A stretch of 64,000 nucleotides of DNA. Source: Escherichia phage heid. The stretch lies in sequence record MN850577.1; one strand, 5' to 3'. Made by a program: the position numbers and the translations under genes. The notes beneath the pieces were generated by a model. It worked only from the letters and a program-made list of their open reading frames with translations, was not told the DNA's origin and did not search any database. Of the stretch, positions 35,809-46,277 are shown piece after piece. Every line of letters begins with the position of its first letter. Position 1 is the first letter of the stretch.

Positions 35809-36609
35809 TTAGTGCAGTTGCTCAGCAGACTCTTTTTCAGCCATAGCTGAGATTTGCTTCACAAAATCATCACCGAAGTTAATGCGTAGTTTTTCTTCAA
35901 TGATTGAAGCACCAATGTTCACCAAAACATCATTGATGGCTTGCATACTAACGCCACCAGTCATCTCCTCAATGAACTCAATACTTACACCCATCATCTG
36001 TGAAAGTTGGATTAGTGCAACGATATTCATCATCGTAGAGATAGCTGGAATCATCAGTGCAACTTTCACCTGAAGTGGTTCTATATCAGCTACAGAGTCA
36101 TTTTCAACAGCTTCTTCCAAAGAATCTTTGGTTTGCTGGATAATTTCTTGGATTCGTGGGTTTAGTTCTTCTACCCCCCAATCAAGTTTTTCATATCGTG
36201 AAAGCTTCTCTTCCATTCGCTTCTCAAGAGCAGCCATAACAGCACTTGTTGATGAAATTATCATGGAAATTAACTCATTATTACCTAATAACAGTAATAA
36301 GTCCTTTTCTTCAGAGTTAAGGGAGATATAGTCATTTTTCTGCATCTCCTTAAAAATGAACTCTGCAAGAGCATCAACACCTACGACTATAGATGCTAAA
36401 GCAAGTGTAGTGTCTGTCAACATCATGTTAACCTGTTCTGCAAAAGCACCGTTATCAGACTTGTCTTCAGGCAAGTTATAGCTTGCAGGCATAAACTGTT
36501 CTGTGTAGTTGTTACCGCGAAGAATCATAGCCATGCTTTCTACGGCATTGATTAAAAATGCTTCGTCAATACCTTTTTCTTCAAGCATCTTTTCTACATC
36601 GATATTCAT
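35809..36609 (-). CDS. Hypothetical protein (266 aa)
   Basis: ORF. Confidence 0.4.
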   Translation of the reverse strand: MNIDVEKMLEEKGIDEAFLINAVESMAMILRGNNYTEQFMPASYNLPEDKSDNGAFAEQVNMMLTDTTLALASIVVGVDALAEFIFKEMQKNDYISLNSEEKDLLLLLGNNELISMIISSTSAVMAALEKRMEEKLSRYEKLDWGVEELNPRIQEIIQQTKDSLEEAVENDSVADIEPLQVKVALMIPAISTMMNIVALIQLSQMMGVSIEFIEEMTGGVSMQAINDVLVNIGASIIEEKLRINFGDDFVKQISAMAEKESAEQLH

Positions 36610-36610
36610 A

Positions 36611-37033
36611 TTATTTCTCTCTCAGTTGGTTAAGTTTCTTTCTAGAACATTTTAAGTTTTCGGATGAAGAAAAGTCAAGTGTCTTTTCAGAACGTGGATA
36701 ATAGTGCCTATCCCAAGAAGTTTCAACATCGTTAATCAGTGATGCTAGATTACACAGGTCTGTACCACTTTGCAACCTCTTTTTAAGAGAATCTAGTAAA
36801 GCAACTGTGTCTTTAGCTTTACGTCTTGCTGTAGCAACATCTTTCATATGCTCAAATACAGAGCATTTTAAGTCATCTTCATAGTTTTCAGACAACTCTA
36901 TTTCATGTTGTATATCAACCATTCTCCTGTGATGGTGAGCATATTCCCGTTGAGCAGCAATGTCAAGTTCTTCCAACTTCTGCAAAGCTCTAACAAAGTC
37001 AGCTATGTCTGGGTGAACAAACATTTTCTGCAT
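36611..37033 (-). CDS. Hypothetical protein (140 aa)
   Basis: ORF. Confidence 0.4.
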   Translation of the reverse strand: MQKMFVHPDIADFVRALQKLEELDIAAQREYAHHHRRMVDIQHEIELSENYEDDLKCSVFEHMKDVATARRKAKDTVALLDSLKKRLQSGTDLCNLASLINDVETSWDRHYYPRSEKTLDFSSSENLKCSRKKLNQLREK

Positions 37034-37290
37034 GTAAGCCTCTTTTAAGTAACTATTAAGTTTTAATCTTTTATCTTAACGTATTCTATACGTTATACTT
37101 TAAAGCTTTTTAAAAGCTATTAAATAATCTTTTAAGAGTTTTAAAGTATCTGTATAGTTAAACTGTTAAGTAACCTTTTAAGTAAAAACCCACTTCGCAA
37201 AGATTAACACCTTGTCAAGTACATTGTCAACTTGCTTTTTATAATTTTTTGCAGTAATGTATGAGGTTAATGATTTTAGAGGGAGTAAAA
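37034..37290. promoter_or_regulatory. AT-rich divergent intergenic region at the strand switch, with repeated CTTTTAAG motifs and TTGTCAA/TTGACAA elements
   Basis: 257 bp non-coding between the divergent operons; motifs read directly. Confidence 0.4.
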
Positions 37291-39990
37291 ATGGAAAACG
37301 TAGATTTTAAAAACTTACATTTGGTTGGTGATACAGAAACTGATGGTTTACTCCTTGAGTTCACTAAAGTTCACGTAATGGCCTTTGCAGACTATAAATC
37401 TGACGATGAAGAGCCACCTGTATGGGTCTTTACAGATGAGCCTATCCTCGGTCACAAGTACACTAAGTACATCAAGGGCGGCTTACGTGAAGGTGTTGAA
37501 TTTGCGTTAAAGGCAAAACGTCTTTGCATCCATAATGGTCTCGGCTATGACTGGTGGGTTTTCAATCACATTGCGCCTGATTTATGGAACTTTGATAATC
37601 CAAAATGTAAGCCGTGGAGTAATTTCTTTCAGGATTCTCTTATCCAGTCTCGTGTTCAGTGGATGGATAGGCCAACCCCAAAGGGTTATAAAGGTGCTCA
37701 TGGTTTGGCTGCATGGGGTGCTCGTGTTGGTGTCCGTAAACCAGAGATTGAACATTGGGGTGTGTGGAATGCAGAAATCTTCACTCGTGTTGTAGAAGAT
37801 ATCCGTATTAACGCCAAAACTAAACGGGCACTTGATAATGAGTATCTCAAGCTTAAGAAGTGTGGCATAGATACTTATGAAACCTATATGCGAGCTAAAG
37901 AAACATCTTTCTGGATGAGTCAACAAGCTATCAATGGTTGGAAAGCTGATAAGGAGCTTATGGAGTTCCATGTAAAGGAACTTGACAAGTTGACTAATGA
38001 GCTTGCTTCAGAGGTTGAACCACATCTACCTCCAACTATTAAGACCAAAGGTAAAGTCACTGGAGAAGAGTTTGCAAAAGCTTGGAATGAGTATGTTGAA
38101 GCATTTGGTCATGCAGATGGACTGAAAAGAATTACCAAGTACCCTAAGACAAAGTATCGTCAGCAGGTACGTAATGGTGAGATGCAGACTTATGAAATCA
38201 AACCATTTGGTAAGCCAACTACAAAGATTTTTAACATTGAAAAAAGGAATTGCTATACACCAACCAACTCTGTAACTGGTGAAGAGTACAAGGAGGGTTT
38301 TGTAGCAATGAAGGATGCTCGTGAAATTTGCAATGAGTTGAATGCAAAGATTGGTAAGAAATGCAAAGACTGGAAGCCAGTAAAAACAGTCAAAACTGTG
38401 AAGTACTATAACAGTCACGTTGTTAACCACTTTGAACTTGAGTCAAGTCGCTACACAGGTTTGATTGATGCACCGTATACACCAATTGAGTTTGAAGTTT
38501 CTCGTATGACTCAGGTAGCAGTTGTTAAAGACTACTTGAAATCAGTTGGTTGGATTCCAGATGACTGGAACTACAAGAAAGACTCAGATGGTCGCCCTGT
38601 CAAAGTTTGTCGTTTCAAAGACAATAAAAAGATGATTACAAAACATCCTAAGTGGCAGGAAATGGTTGAGCGGTGTGGTTTGAGCTATGTTGAGCACGAA
38701 GGTGTACAGTATATTGAGCATAACTGGTCTGTGAAGAAGTACACAGATTTGCTTGAGCCTTGCTTAATCCGTACTTCACCAAAACTTACTGAATCATCTT
38801 ATGATACGATTGAAGGTGAGCTTGGACAGAAGATTGCGAAATACTACACTTTGATGCACAGACGCAGAACTATTGAGAACTCAAAGGATGATGAAAAAGG
38901 TTGGTTGAACCAGATTCGTCCTGATGGTCGCCTTAGTGCTGGTGCAATGGTGTTTGGTACTTCAACTGGACGTATGACACAATATGGTATTGTAAACGTA
39001 CCGTCTGGTGCTGCTGTCTATGGGGAACCAATGAGGGCAGTGTGGATTTGTGAGGAAGGGACTAACGTTGTCTCTGTAGACATGAACTCAGCCCAGCTAG
39101 TTCTTCTTTGTAACTTTATGGGTGACAAAGACTTCACCAAAGCGGTAACGCAAGGTAAAGAAGAGATTGAGTTCATTCGTCAAGAAGATGGACGCTATTA
39201 CTGCAAACATTTTGATGAGTATCTCAACCCAGAAATTGATAAGTACCTTCGCTATGACTCTGAGAATGACCTGTACGTTGTCTATTCAGGGACTGATGCA
39301 CATACACTGAACAGTATTTACTTTAGCTTGAATGATGAGCAGGATATCTTGACTTGTCGAGCTACTCAGGATGAGAATCTTCTTCATGAGATTAGCAAAG
39401 GTCGTAAGAAAGCTAAGAATGGTATCTATGCACTGCTGTTCGGTGCAGGTGATGAGAAGTTTGCTAAGACGATTAAAGCTGCAACTACTCAGGAAGGAGC
39501 ACTGACTAAACAGACTTACTTTATTCGTTTGCCTAAAATTAAGAAGCTGCTAGATGACTTGGAAGCTGACTACAAAGCAACTAAAAAGGCACTTGAAGAG
39601 GTGTTTGGTAAGACTGCTGCAATCTCTAAAGGGGGTTTTGTAAAGGTTGCTGGAGCTTGGTTGTGGTGTAAATCTCCACATAAGTTATTGAATTATTTGC
39701 TCATGGGTTCGGAAAGTCAGATTCAGAACGAGGCAATTAACCTTGCTTGCCGTCGTATGATTGACGAAGGTTTGATGAAGTTGAACGGTCGCAAACCAGC
39801 TATAGGTGCTCGTTTATTGTGCTCCTATCACGATGAGACGAGTTGGGAATGCCCAGAAAGTATGACGGCAGAGGTGAAGGCTGTCACTGATTGGTATTAT
39901 GGACAAGCCTCTAAGAACTTAGGGCTTAAGAGTGAAACACTAGTAACTGGTACTGGTAAGGTTGGTAAAAGCTGGTATGAGGTACATTGA
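37291..39990 (+). CDS. Family A DNA polymerase with N-terminal 3'-5' exonuclease domain (about 899 aa; ATG at 37291)
   Basis: Exo motif GDTETDGL; size; SD GGGAG before ATG. Confidence 0.75.
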   Translation: MENVDFKNLHLVGDTETDGLLLEFTKVHVMAFADYKSDDEEPPVWVFTDEPILGHKYTKYIKGGLREGVEFALKAKRLCIHNGLGYDWWVFNHIAPDLWNFDNPKCKPWSNFFQDSLIQSRVQWMDRPTPKGYKGAHGLAAWGARVGVRKPEIEHWGVWNAEIFTRVVEDIRINAKTKRALDNEYLKLKKCGIDTYETYMRAKETSFWMSQQAINGWKADKELMEFHVKELDKLTNELASEVEPHLPPTIKTKGKVTGEEFAKAWNEYVEAFGHADGLKRITKYPKTKYRQQVRNGEMQTYEIKPFGKPTTKIFNIEKRNCYTPTNSVTGEEYKEGFVAMKDAREICNELNAKIGKKCKDWKPVKTVKTVKYYNSHVVNHFELESSRYTGLIDAPYTPIEFEVSRMTQVAVVKDYLKSVGWIPDDWNYKKDSDGRPVKVCRFKDNKKMITKHPKWQEMVERCGLSYVEHEGVQYIEHNWSVKKYTDLLEPCLIRTSPKLTESSYDTIEGELGQKIAKYYTLMHRRRTIENSKDDEKGWLNQIRPDGRLSAGAMVFGTSTGRMTQYGIVNVPSGAAVYGEPMRAVWICEEGTNVVSVDMNSAQLVLLCNFMGDKDFTKAVTQGKEEIEFIRQEDGRYYCKHFDEYLNPEIDKYLRYDSENDLYVVYSGTDAHTLNSIYFSLNDEQDILTCRATQDENLLHEISKGRKKAKNGIYALLFGAGDEKFAKTIKAATTQEGALTKQTYFIRLPKIKKLLDDLEADYKATKKALEEVFGKTAAISKGGFVKVAGAWLWCKSPHKLLNYLLMGSESQIQNEAINLACRRMIDEGLMKLNGRKPAIGARLLCSYHDETSWECPESMTAEVKAVTDWYYGQASKNLGLKSETLVTGTGKVGKSWYEVH

Positions 39991-40502
39991 TGAGAGATTG
40001 TGGATTCACACATGAACAGTTAAAGTCTTGGTTAGATTATGACCCCGAAACAGGGGTCTTAACATGGATTGGCAGACCTCCACATAGTAGTAGGGTGGTT
40101 ATTGGAAGCCAAGCTGGAGCAATTAAGCGCACAAGGTCTGGTGTGTATATGCACACACAGATTTTAGGATACAGGACAGGCAATCACCGAATTGCTTGGT
40201 TCTGGATGACAGGTAAGTGGCCTGATAAACACATTGACCACAAAGATGGAGATGGTTTGAATAACGCTTGGGACAATCTAAGGGAGGCCACAAAAGAACA
40301 GAACATGTCTAACAGGAGACAACCTAGAACATCAAAAAACTTAAAAGGTACAAGTAGAAGCAAGTCTGGTAAGTGGATAGCCCAGATTAACCATAATGGT
40401 AAGACTATACATATAGGGACATACACAACAGAAGAAGAAGCCCATAAAGCTTACTGTGAAGCTGCTATTAAACTCCACGGAGAGTTTGCAAAACTAAGTT
40501 GA
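39990..40502 (+). CDS. HNH homing endonuclease with AP2 domain, overlapping the polymerase stop
   Basis: YDPETGVLTWI, HNH motif IDHKDGDGLNNAWDNLREATKEQN, AP2-like KSGKWIAQINHNGKTIHIGTYTTEEEAHKAY. Confidence 0.65.
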   Translation: MRDCGFTHEQLKSWLDYDPETGVLTWIGRPPHSSRVVIGSQAGAIKRTRSGVYMHTQILGYRTGNHRIAWFWMTGKWPDKHIDHKDGDGLNNAWDNLREATKEQNMSNRRQPRTSKNLKGTSRSKSGKWIAQINHNGKTIHIGTYTTEEEAHKAYCEAAIKLHGEFAKLS

Positions 40503-40553
40503 CAAGGTGCTCAGGGAAGAGTACCTTATACAATATCTTGTATAGGAGGACTT

Positions 40554-40763
40554 ATGAGCCATCGTGGAAGAACCCATGCAGCGATGATGAAAGGCGCTTC
40601 AAAGGAAACTATCAAGAACCGTAAGCAGAAGTTGTTTGAGAGAATGAACAGGTTAATTGACAATTCATCTCTTTCAGGTTCTGAGAAGGTTTTCTTGAAA
40701 GGTAATCTGAAAAGCATTGCACAAGAACTTATTGACATTGAGTATTGGAGACATCAAAAATGA
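40554..40763 (+). CDS. Hypothetical protein (69 aa)
   Basis: ORF with SD TAGGAGGA. Confidence 0.45.
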   Translation: MSHRGRTHAAMMKGASKETIKNRKQKLFERMNRLIDNSSLSGSEKVFLKGNLKSIAQELIDIEYWRHQK

Positions 40764-40972
40764 CACTTGCAGACGTTATCCAACAACTTCATGATAACTG
40801 CTATACTCCAGAGTTGATTCAGGAGATGCTTATTGTAGTGATGCCTAGTAAGTTCGTAAAAGGTTTTAATAATGACTCTTTAAGGTCTGCGCATATCCTT
40901 ATTGTTGATGGTAAGATTGCAAGGGACCGTACTGGAGTCCTTAAGGGCGAACGTATTAATATTAACCTCTGA
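40760..40972 (+). CDS. Hypothetical protein (about 70 aa)
   Basis: ORF with SD GGAGA. Confidence 0.45.
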   Translation: MTLADVIQQLHDNCYTPELIQEMLIVVMPSKFVKGFNNDSLRSAHILIVDGKIARDRTGVLKGERININL

Positions 40973-41158
40973 ATATTGGAGATACCGAAAATGAAACGCA
41001 AAGTTAAGTTTTTTAATTTATATGGAAGAGTTGGTAAAGGTTTTGACTGGCAACTGTTACGCTCAAATGTTAAAAGCAATGAATTAGCACCACTTATCAT
41101 TCATTATCGACGTACATACAGAGAAGTAGAGCATCGTGAACAGTAAACAGGGGTGTAT

Positions 41159-41396
41159 TATGTGGAAATCAGTAATTGCGCTTGGTGTTATTTTTCTATC
41201 TGGCTGCAACCCTTCTTATGAAGATAAAAATGCTTCTTACAGCCTCCCACCAGAGATGCAAGATTGCAGAGTATACAAGTTACATGGTGATGCTATAAGC
41301 AGAGATATTGTTGTTGTCAGATGTCCAAACTCCCAAACAACAACATCTTATAGCTATGGCAAAAATGGTCAATCACACACTACGGTTATTGAGTGA
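41159..41396 (+). CDS. Small lipoprotein (about 78 aa)
   Basis: Signal peptide with lipobox FLSGC. Confidence 0.45.
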
Positions 41397-41406
41397 GGGT
41401 TTCACG

Positions 41407-41613
41407 ATGGAAGTCCTAGTAAACTATATCTATTGTTATGATGTTGTTCACTCTACTACAACGGTAGCTCAACGTAACCCAATCGTCCCACGAGAAGGTG
41501 AGTTGGTTCGCATTGATGGTTGGACTTACACTGTGGAAAGCATCATTCATAAGTTTGATGTTGCTGGTGATGTTCAAGTTATTGACGTAGAAATTGGTGG
41601 CAAGAGGAAATGA
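41407..41613 (+). CDS. Hypothetical protein (about 68 aa)
   Basis: ORF with SD GAGGG. Confidence 0.4.
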   Translation: MEVLVNYIYCYDVVHSTTTVAQRNPIVPREGELVRIDGWTYTVESIIHKFDVAGDVQVIDVEIGGKRK

Positions 41614-41801
41614 ACAAAGAAGATAAGTATAAAAATGCTGTACGGACTCCTGATGGAAAGATTCAGTCCTTCGTCCTGACAGTTGGTGGAAAGCCATTTC
41701 GTTGCCACTGCGGAGCAAACTGTTTTCATAAACCAGATAAAAATGACTTAGAGCTTTACGCATGTAATGCTTGCAATACTTGGTATCACTCAGAGGAATA
41801 A
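41610..41801 (+). CDS. Small zinc-ribbon protein (63 aa)
   Basis: CHCGANC...CNACNTW Cys4-type pattern. Confidence 0.45.
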   Translation: MNKEDKYKNAVRTPDGKIQSFVLTVGGKPFRCHCGANCFHKPDKNDLELYACNACNTWYHSEE

Positions 41802-41803
41802 AA

Positions 41804-42904
41804 ATGACAATCCTATACAAACAAAATAAAGATGGCTCTTTCAACGTCTGGTCATGCGTTGCTGTAGGTGACAAAGTTATTACAACCTATGGTAAAGAAA
41901 ATGGCAAGATGATGTTTGAAGAGTATACAGCAGAACCTAAAAACATCGGTAAAAAGAATGAGCGTAACGCTGAACAGCAAGCTCTCTTTGAAGTTGCTGC
42001 TAAGTATAAAAAGCAAGTTGACCGTAAAGGTTATGCTTACACAAAAGAGTCTGCACAGAATACTGAGAAGGTAGGTGTACAGCTTGCTCATGATGCTGCA
42101 AAGGTTAGTCATGCGAAGTACCTGAAGTTCCCTGCTGATGCTCAACCAAAACTTGATGGTGTTCGTTGTAGAATTTCAAGAGATGATGATTCAGTTAGTT
42201 TCACGGCTTATTCTCGTGAGAATACTGTTTACAACGTTCCAGAAGAACTAATCCCAGATTTGCTTTTGTTGCTTAAATTACATCCACAAGTTGAAGACTT
42301 TGATGGCGAGATTTATGCTCATGGTTGGGACTTAGAAGACATTGTGTCTATGATTAAGAATGCTGACAATCCAGACCGTCACCTTCTTAAATTCTACTGG
42401 TATGATATCTGCGACAATTCAAAATCTTGGCCTGAACGTCGTGAAGTTATTGATAACTCACCTATTGTTGAGCTTGGGGATACCTGTAGAGTTGTTCCTG
42501 TACAGACTATCCGTGTAAATTCTTGGGAAGAGTTTGATGAAGCTCATGATAAGTGGGTTGAAGCTAAGTTTGAAGGTGCAATGTACCGTTCAATCTCTGA
42601 AGACTCCTTCTATGAGTGTTGTCACCGTTCATACTTCTTGATTAAGCACAAGAAGATGCACACTGAAGAGTTTAAAGTGACTGGTGTAAAGACCGATAAG
42701 CGTGGTCATGGCAAGTTCGTTGTAGAGACTCTTCCTAACGTCTTTGTAGATGTTTCATGGAAGACTACTCACGAGAAGAAACAGTATCTTGCTGAACACC
42801 CTGAAGAGTTTATCGGGAAACCTTTAACGGTTCAGTTCCAGAAGATGACTCGTAAGGGGTCTTTACAGTTCCCTGTAGGGCTAGTTATTAGGGATTATGA
42901 ATAA
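41804..42904 (+). CDS. ATP-dependent DNA ligase
   Basis: Motif I KLDGVR (KxDG); size about 366 aa; SD GAGGAA. Confidence 0.7.
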   Translation: MTILYKQNKDGSFNVWSCVAVGDKVITTYGKENGKMMFEEYTAEPKNIGKKNERNAEQQALFEVAAKYKKQVDRKGYAYTKESAQNTEKVGVQLAHDAAKVSHAKYLKFPADAQPKLDGVRCRISRDDDSVSFTAYSRENTVYNVPEELIPDLLLLLKLHPQVEDFDGEIYAHGWDLEDIVSMIKNADNPDRHLLKFYWYDICDNSKSWPERREVIDNSPIVELGDTCRVVPVQTIRVNSWEEFDEAHDKWVEAKFEGAMYRSISEDSFYECCHRSYFLIKHKKMHTEEFKVTGVKTDKRGHGKFVVETLPNVFVDVSWKTTHEKKQYLAEHPEEFIGKPLTVQFQKMTRKGSLQFPVGLVIRDYE

Positions 42905-42907
42905 ACT

Positions 42908-43054
42908 ATGTTCAGTACAGTCATTCTGTTTATACTGGTTGTCTTTGTATTGTCATACGTTGCAAGTAAGCTTTTGGACACATCTTTTGCAATGGGTGTC
43001 TTGTTTACAATCTTTTGTTTCGTGACACATATAGCTATCAGAACTTTTTTATAA
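42908..43054 (+). CDS. Possible small hydrophobic membrane peptide (48 aa)
   Basis: ORF below the track threshold; two hydrophobic segments; weak SD. Confidence 0.25.
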   Translation: MFSTVILFILVVFVLSYVASKLLDTSFAMGVLFTIFCFVTHIAIRTFL

Positions 43055-43061
43055 AAAGTTG

Positions 43062-43119
43062 TTGACATAGAAAATTTGGTGAGTATACTGAGCAGCATAA
43101 ACCAACGGGTACTCACCAA
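43062..43119 (+). promoter_or_regulatory. Sigma70-like promoter TTGACA (43062-43067), 16 bp, TATACT (43084-43089), bracketed by a perfect 10-bp inverted repeat TTGGTGAGTA / TACTCACCAA (43076-43085 and 43110-43119)
   Basis: Hexamers and inverted repeat read directly. Confidence 0.55.
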
Positions 43120-43255
43120 CATCACTTAAGAGTCTTTGAAAAGGGTTTTTTAAGTGATGTGGGGCGAGGCTCGGTGAGGTGGGGTAAGGCATAGTGCGGT
43201 GCTGTTTGGTATGGGTAGTTAGTCTCATCTACATTAAAATGAGACTTACCTTTTT
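43120..43255 (+). repeat. G+T-rich structured repeat unit 1: palindromic box CATCACTTAA...TTAAGTGATG, GGT-periodic tract, hairpin AGTCTCAT-CTACATTAAA-ATGAGACT followed by T5
   Basis: Read directly; lies in the long leader of gene 43470-44057. Confidence 0.6.
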
Positions 43256-43393
43256 AAAAGGTCTTTAAGAGGGTTTTTTAATGAGGTAGGGTAAAGTAAT
43301 GCTTGGTCTGGTTTGGTAAGGCGCGGTCTGGTTTGGTAAGGTAAGGTTCGGTATGGTATGGGTGGATGGTAGTAGCCACGTTAAAAATCTACC
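43256..43393 (+). repeat. G+T-rich structured repeat unit 2: box AAAAGGTCTTTAAGAGGGTTTTTTAATGAGGTA, GGT-periodic tract, hairpin GGTAG-loop-CTACC
   Basis: Read directly. Confidence 0.6.
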
Positions 43394-43451
43394 AAGTTTC
43401 TAAAGAGTCTTCTGTTGAGGGTTCTTTACAAACAACTTAACAATCAACTAA

Positions 43452-44057
<606 letters not shown>

Positions 44058-44059
44058 TT

Positions 44060-44500
44060 ATGAATACAAAAGCATTAGCAGCAAAGTTTAGTTACGGTGA
44101 CACTGTATCACACTCTGAGATGGATACCTTCTTAGGTATTGTGAAGCCAACTTATCAAGGTGACATTGTTAAGTACGAAGATGAAATGAAGGCTTATGCG
44201 CTTACACGTCTAAACCGACTTGAGAAGTTTATTGAGAAGCTTCTTAAAGAAGAGAAGATTTATCTGGTTGCTTCAATGGGTGTTGGTTATCGTGTGGTTG
44301 AACCTAAGCATCAAGCAACTATTGCAAAACGTAAAATGTCTGGTAAGATTGGTCGAGCTTTAAAGCAAGCTACTCAAGCGATTGAGAATGTGAATACTAT
44401 GGCACTTAGTCATCAAGAACGTTCACGACTGATTGAACAGCAAAACCATTTAGCTGCTATGAAAGCTAACATTAATAAGCAACGTAGAAAACCTTTCTAA
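44060..44500 (+). CDS. Hypothetical protein with basic C-terminus (146 aa)
   Basis: ORF adjacent to 43470-44057. Confidence 0.5.
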   Translation: MNTKALAAKFSYGDTVSHSEMDTFLGIVKPTYQGDIVKYEDEMKAYALTRLNRLEKFIEKLLKEEKIYLVASMGVGYRVVEPKHQATIAKRKMSGKIGRALKQATQAIENVNTMALSHQERSRLIEQQNHLAAMKANINKQRRKPF

Positions 44501-44509
44501 GTTGACTAG

Positions 44510-44534
44510 GTAGCCTCTTCGGAGGCTCCTTTTT
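44510..44534 (+). terminator. Intrinsic terminator
   Basis: AGCCTC-TTCG-GAGGCT hairpin followed by T5. Confidence 0.6.
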
Positions 44535-44668
44535 AAAAGGTCTTTAAGAGGGTCTTTTAATGAGGTATTGTTCGGTGTTGTATGGTAGGGTCTGGTCCGG
44601 CAGGGTCTGGTTCGGTCCGGTAGGGTCTGGTATGGGTAGTTAATCGGAGCTACATAAAAATTCGATTA
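44530..44668 (+). repeat. G+T-rich structured repeat unit 3 (hairpin TAATCGGA-GCTACATAAAAA-TTCGATTA)
   Basis: Same architecture as units 1-2; hairpin stem changed on both arms while the loop is conserved. Confidence 0.6.
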
Positions 44669-44803
44669 CATCACTTAAGAGTCTTTTAAGAGGGTTTTTA
44701 AGTGAGGTGTGGCACGGTAATGCTAGGTAGGGTCAGGTCAGGTCAGGTGAGGTAAGGTGTGGGTAGTTAGTCTCAGCTACATTAAAATGAGACTTACCTT
44801 TTT
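44669..44803 (+). repeat. G+T-rich structured repeat unit 4 (GGTCAG x3 tract; hairpin AGTCTCA-GCTACATTAAA-ATGAGACT followed by T5)
   Basis: Read directly. Confidence 0.6.
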
Positions 44804-44920
44804 AAAAGGTCTTTAAGAGGGTCTTTTAATAAGGTATTGTATGGTGTAGTTTGGTTAGGTATGGTTGGGTGTGGTAAGGTAGGGTATGGAAGGATGGCAG
44901 TAGCCTTATAAAAAATCTGC
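44804..44920 (+). repeat. G+T-rich structured repeat unit 5 (hairpin GGCAG-loop-CTGCC)
   Basis: Read directly. Confidence 0.55.
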
Positions 44921-44940
44921 CAAATAAGCTATAAAATCTG

Positions 44941-44969
44941 TTGACAAGTCAGGTGTTATAGCTTATTTT
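44941..44969 (+). promoter_or_regulatory. Sigma70-like promoter TTGACA, 17 bp, TATTTT (weak -10)
   Basis: Hexamers read from sequence upstream of gene 45014. Confidence 0.35.
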
Positions 44970-45013
44970 TATACTCAATGTAATACAAAATTTAATATAA
45001 CTTTGAGGTCATT

Positions 45014-45397
45014 ATGAAAAAGGTTTTATTAGCTGCTGCAATGGTTATGGCAATGAATTTACCAGTTAATGCAACAGAACTTCCAAATGTGGACTTATCA
45101 GGTGTTCCAGAAGACACTTGCCAGATTGTTAAAGGTGTTGCTCTAGCTAATGGTGAGTTACTTAAACCAATCTCTGAAGAGTCTTTAACAGAGATGACTG
45201 ATAAGGTAACTGACTATCAGTATCGTGTTCTTGCAGAGTATTTCCTACAATCTGCAAATATTAAAGAGAAGCACCCTGATGATATTGATGTACAGGCTAT
45301 GCTCAATCATCGTATTCAGTTTAAAGAAGACTTGATGCAAAAAGCTATGTATGGTGTTGAGTATTTCTTAGAAAACAGAAGCTGCACAGGTATTTGA
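45014..45397 (+). CDS. Secreted/periplasmic protein with signal peptide (127 aa)
   Basis: N-terminal MKKVLLAAAMVMAMNLPVNA; two cysteines. Confidence 0.5.
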   Translation: MKKVLLAAAMVMAMNLPVNATELPNVDLSGVPEDTCQIVKGVALANGELLKPISEESLTEMTDKVTDYQYRVLAEYFLQSANIKEKHPDDIDVQAMLNHRIQFKEDLMQKAMYGVEYFLENRSCTGI

Positions 45398-45398
45398 T

Positions 45399-45611
45399 AT
45401 GGCTCTTAAAAAGTTACATCCCAGAAGCGGTTATGGTAAGATAATTGACGATACAGACGGCTTTACAGTCTTTACAGTTATCTGTCAAGATGATTCACAG
45501 ATTGAAAAGGCTCTTGACGATTATCTTAACGATGAACGTGAAAAGGTCAGGGCTACTAACATAGACTCATTAATTGATACTTCACGCAAACGGAAGAAGA
45601 AAGATGAATGA
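45399..45611 (+). CDS. Hypothetical protein (70 aa)
   Basis: ORF. Confidence 0.4.
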   Translation: MALKKLHPRSGYGKIIDDTDGFTVFTVICQDDSQIEKALDDYLNDEREKVRATNIDSLIDTSRKRKKKDE

Positions 45612-45903
45612 GGTTTTTGACCCTTATGCCCCACAAGATGATTGGGAGGCTGATAGAGAGGCTGAAATGGAGAGTTATATTTGTCCAATGGATGTAGACG
45701 AAATGAGAGACTTCGTTGCACATCGTTTTAAGAGAGAGATTAAATCCAGAGGTCTTTCTCAAGAGCAAGTTGCTAAAATTTGTGGTATCTCTCAGGCTCG
45801 TGTGTCCAACATAATTCATCTCACTGGTAATGTCTCCCTTGAGTATATGTTGGAAGTATGTGAAAAATTTGGTGTTAATTTTAATTTAAGGTTGGCAGAT
45901 TAA
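45604..45903 (+). CDS. HTH (XRE-like) DNA-binding protein (about 99 aa)
   Basis: LSQEQVAKICGISQARVSNIIH helix-turn-helix pattern. Confidence 0.5.
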   Translation: MNEVFDPYAPQDDWEADREAEMESYICPMDVDEMRDFVAHRFKREIKSRGLSQEQVAKICGISQARVSNIIHLTGNVSLEYMLEVCEKFGVNFNLRLAD

Positions 45904-45904
45904 T

Positions 45905-46264
45905 ATGAAACGTGAAAACATTATCCACTCTGAAAACTTCGCATTAGGCTTTTACGGTGTACCTACTCACCTTGAAAAGTATTATGGTGTGAAGATTCTC
46001 TCCAATCTCATTATGGCTTACAAAGATGGTAAGATTAAGCATACTGAGAAGAAACGTGTCATGGGTTATATGGCTGTAGGTTCAGCAATATCAAACATCA
46101 AGCTGGAAACCACTAGCAGTCAGTTTGTGAAAGACCACTTCATTAAAGAGCTTTACCAGAATCTTGATGGTGTAGATGTTCAGGCTGTTTGGCTGGATGT
46201 TGACGGTCATAACTACACAAGTTTTGTTTTCAAAAACGATGACATTAAGTGCTTGTTCCCATAA
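45905..46264 (+). CDS. Hypothetical protein (119 aa)
   Basis: ORF. Confidence 0.4.
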   Translation: MKRENIIHSENFALGFYGVPTHLEKYYGVKILSNLIMAYKDGKIKHTEKKRVMGYMAVGSAISNIKLETTSSQFVKDHFIKELYQNLDGVDVQAVWLDVDGHNYTSFVFKNDDIKCLFP

Positions 46265-46277
46265 TAGGTGATTAACT

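Noticed and set aside
21473-39990. Group I introns or inteins in nrdA, nrdB, nrdD or the DNA polymerase
   Set aside because: All four ORFs are continuous with sizes typical of intron- and intein-free homologs; the endonuclease genes are free-standing.
40991-41131. Small plus-strand ORF (about 46 aa) with SD GGAGAT between 40972 and 41159
   Set aside because: Plausible, but too short and featureless to support as a gene without expression or conservation evidence.
42895-43125. Minus-strand ORF 42895-43125 (76 aa)
   Set aside because: It overlaps the ligase stop, the small plus-strand ORF and the plus-strand promoter, and has no ribosome-binding site.
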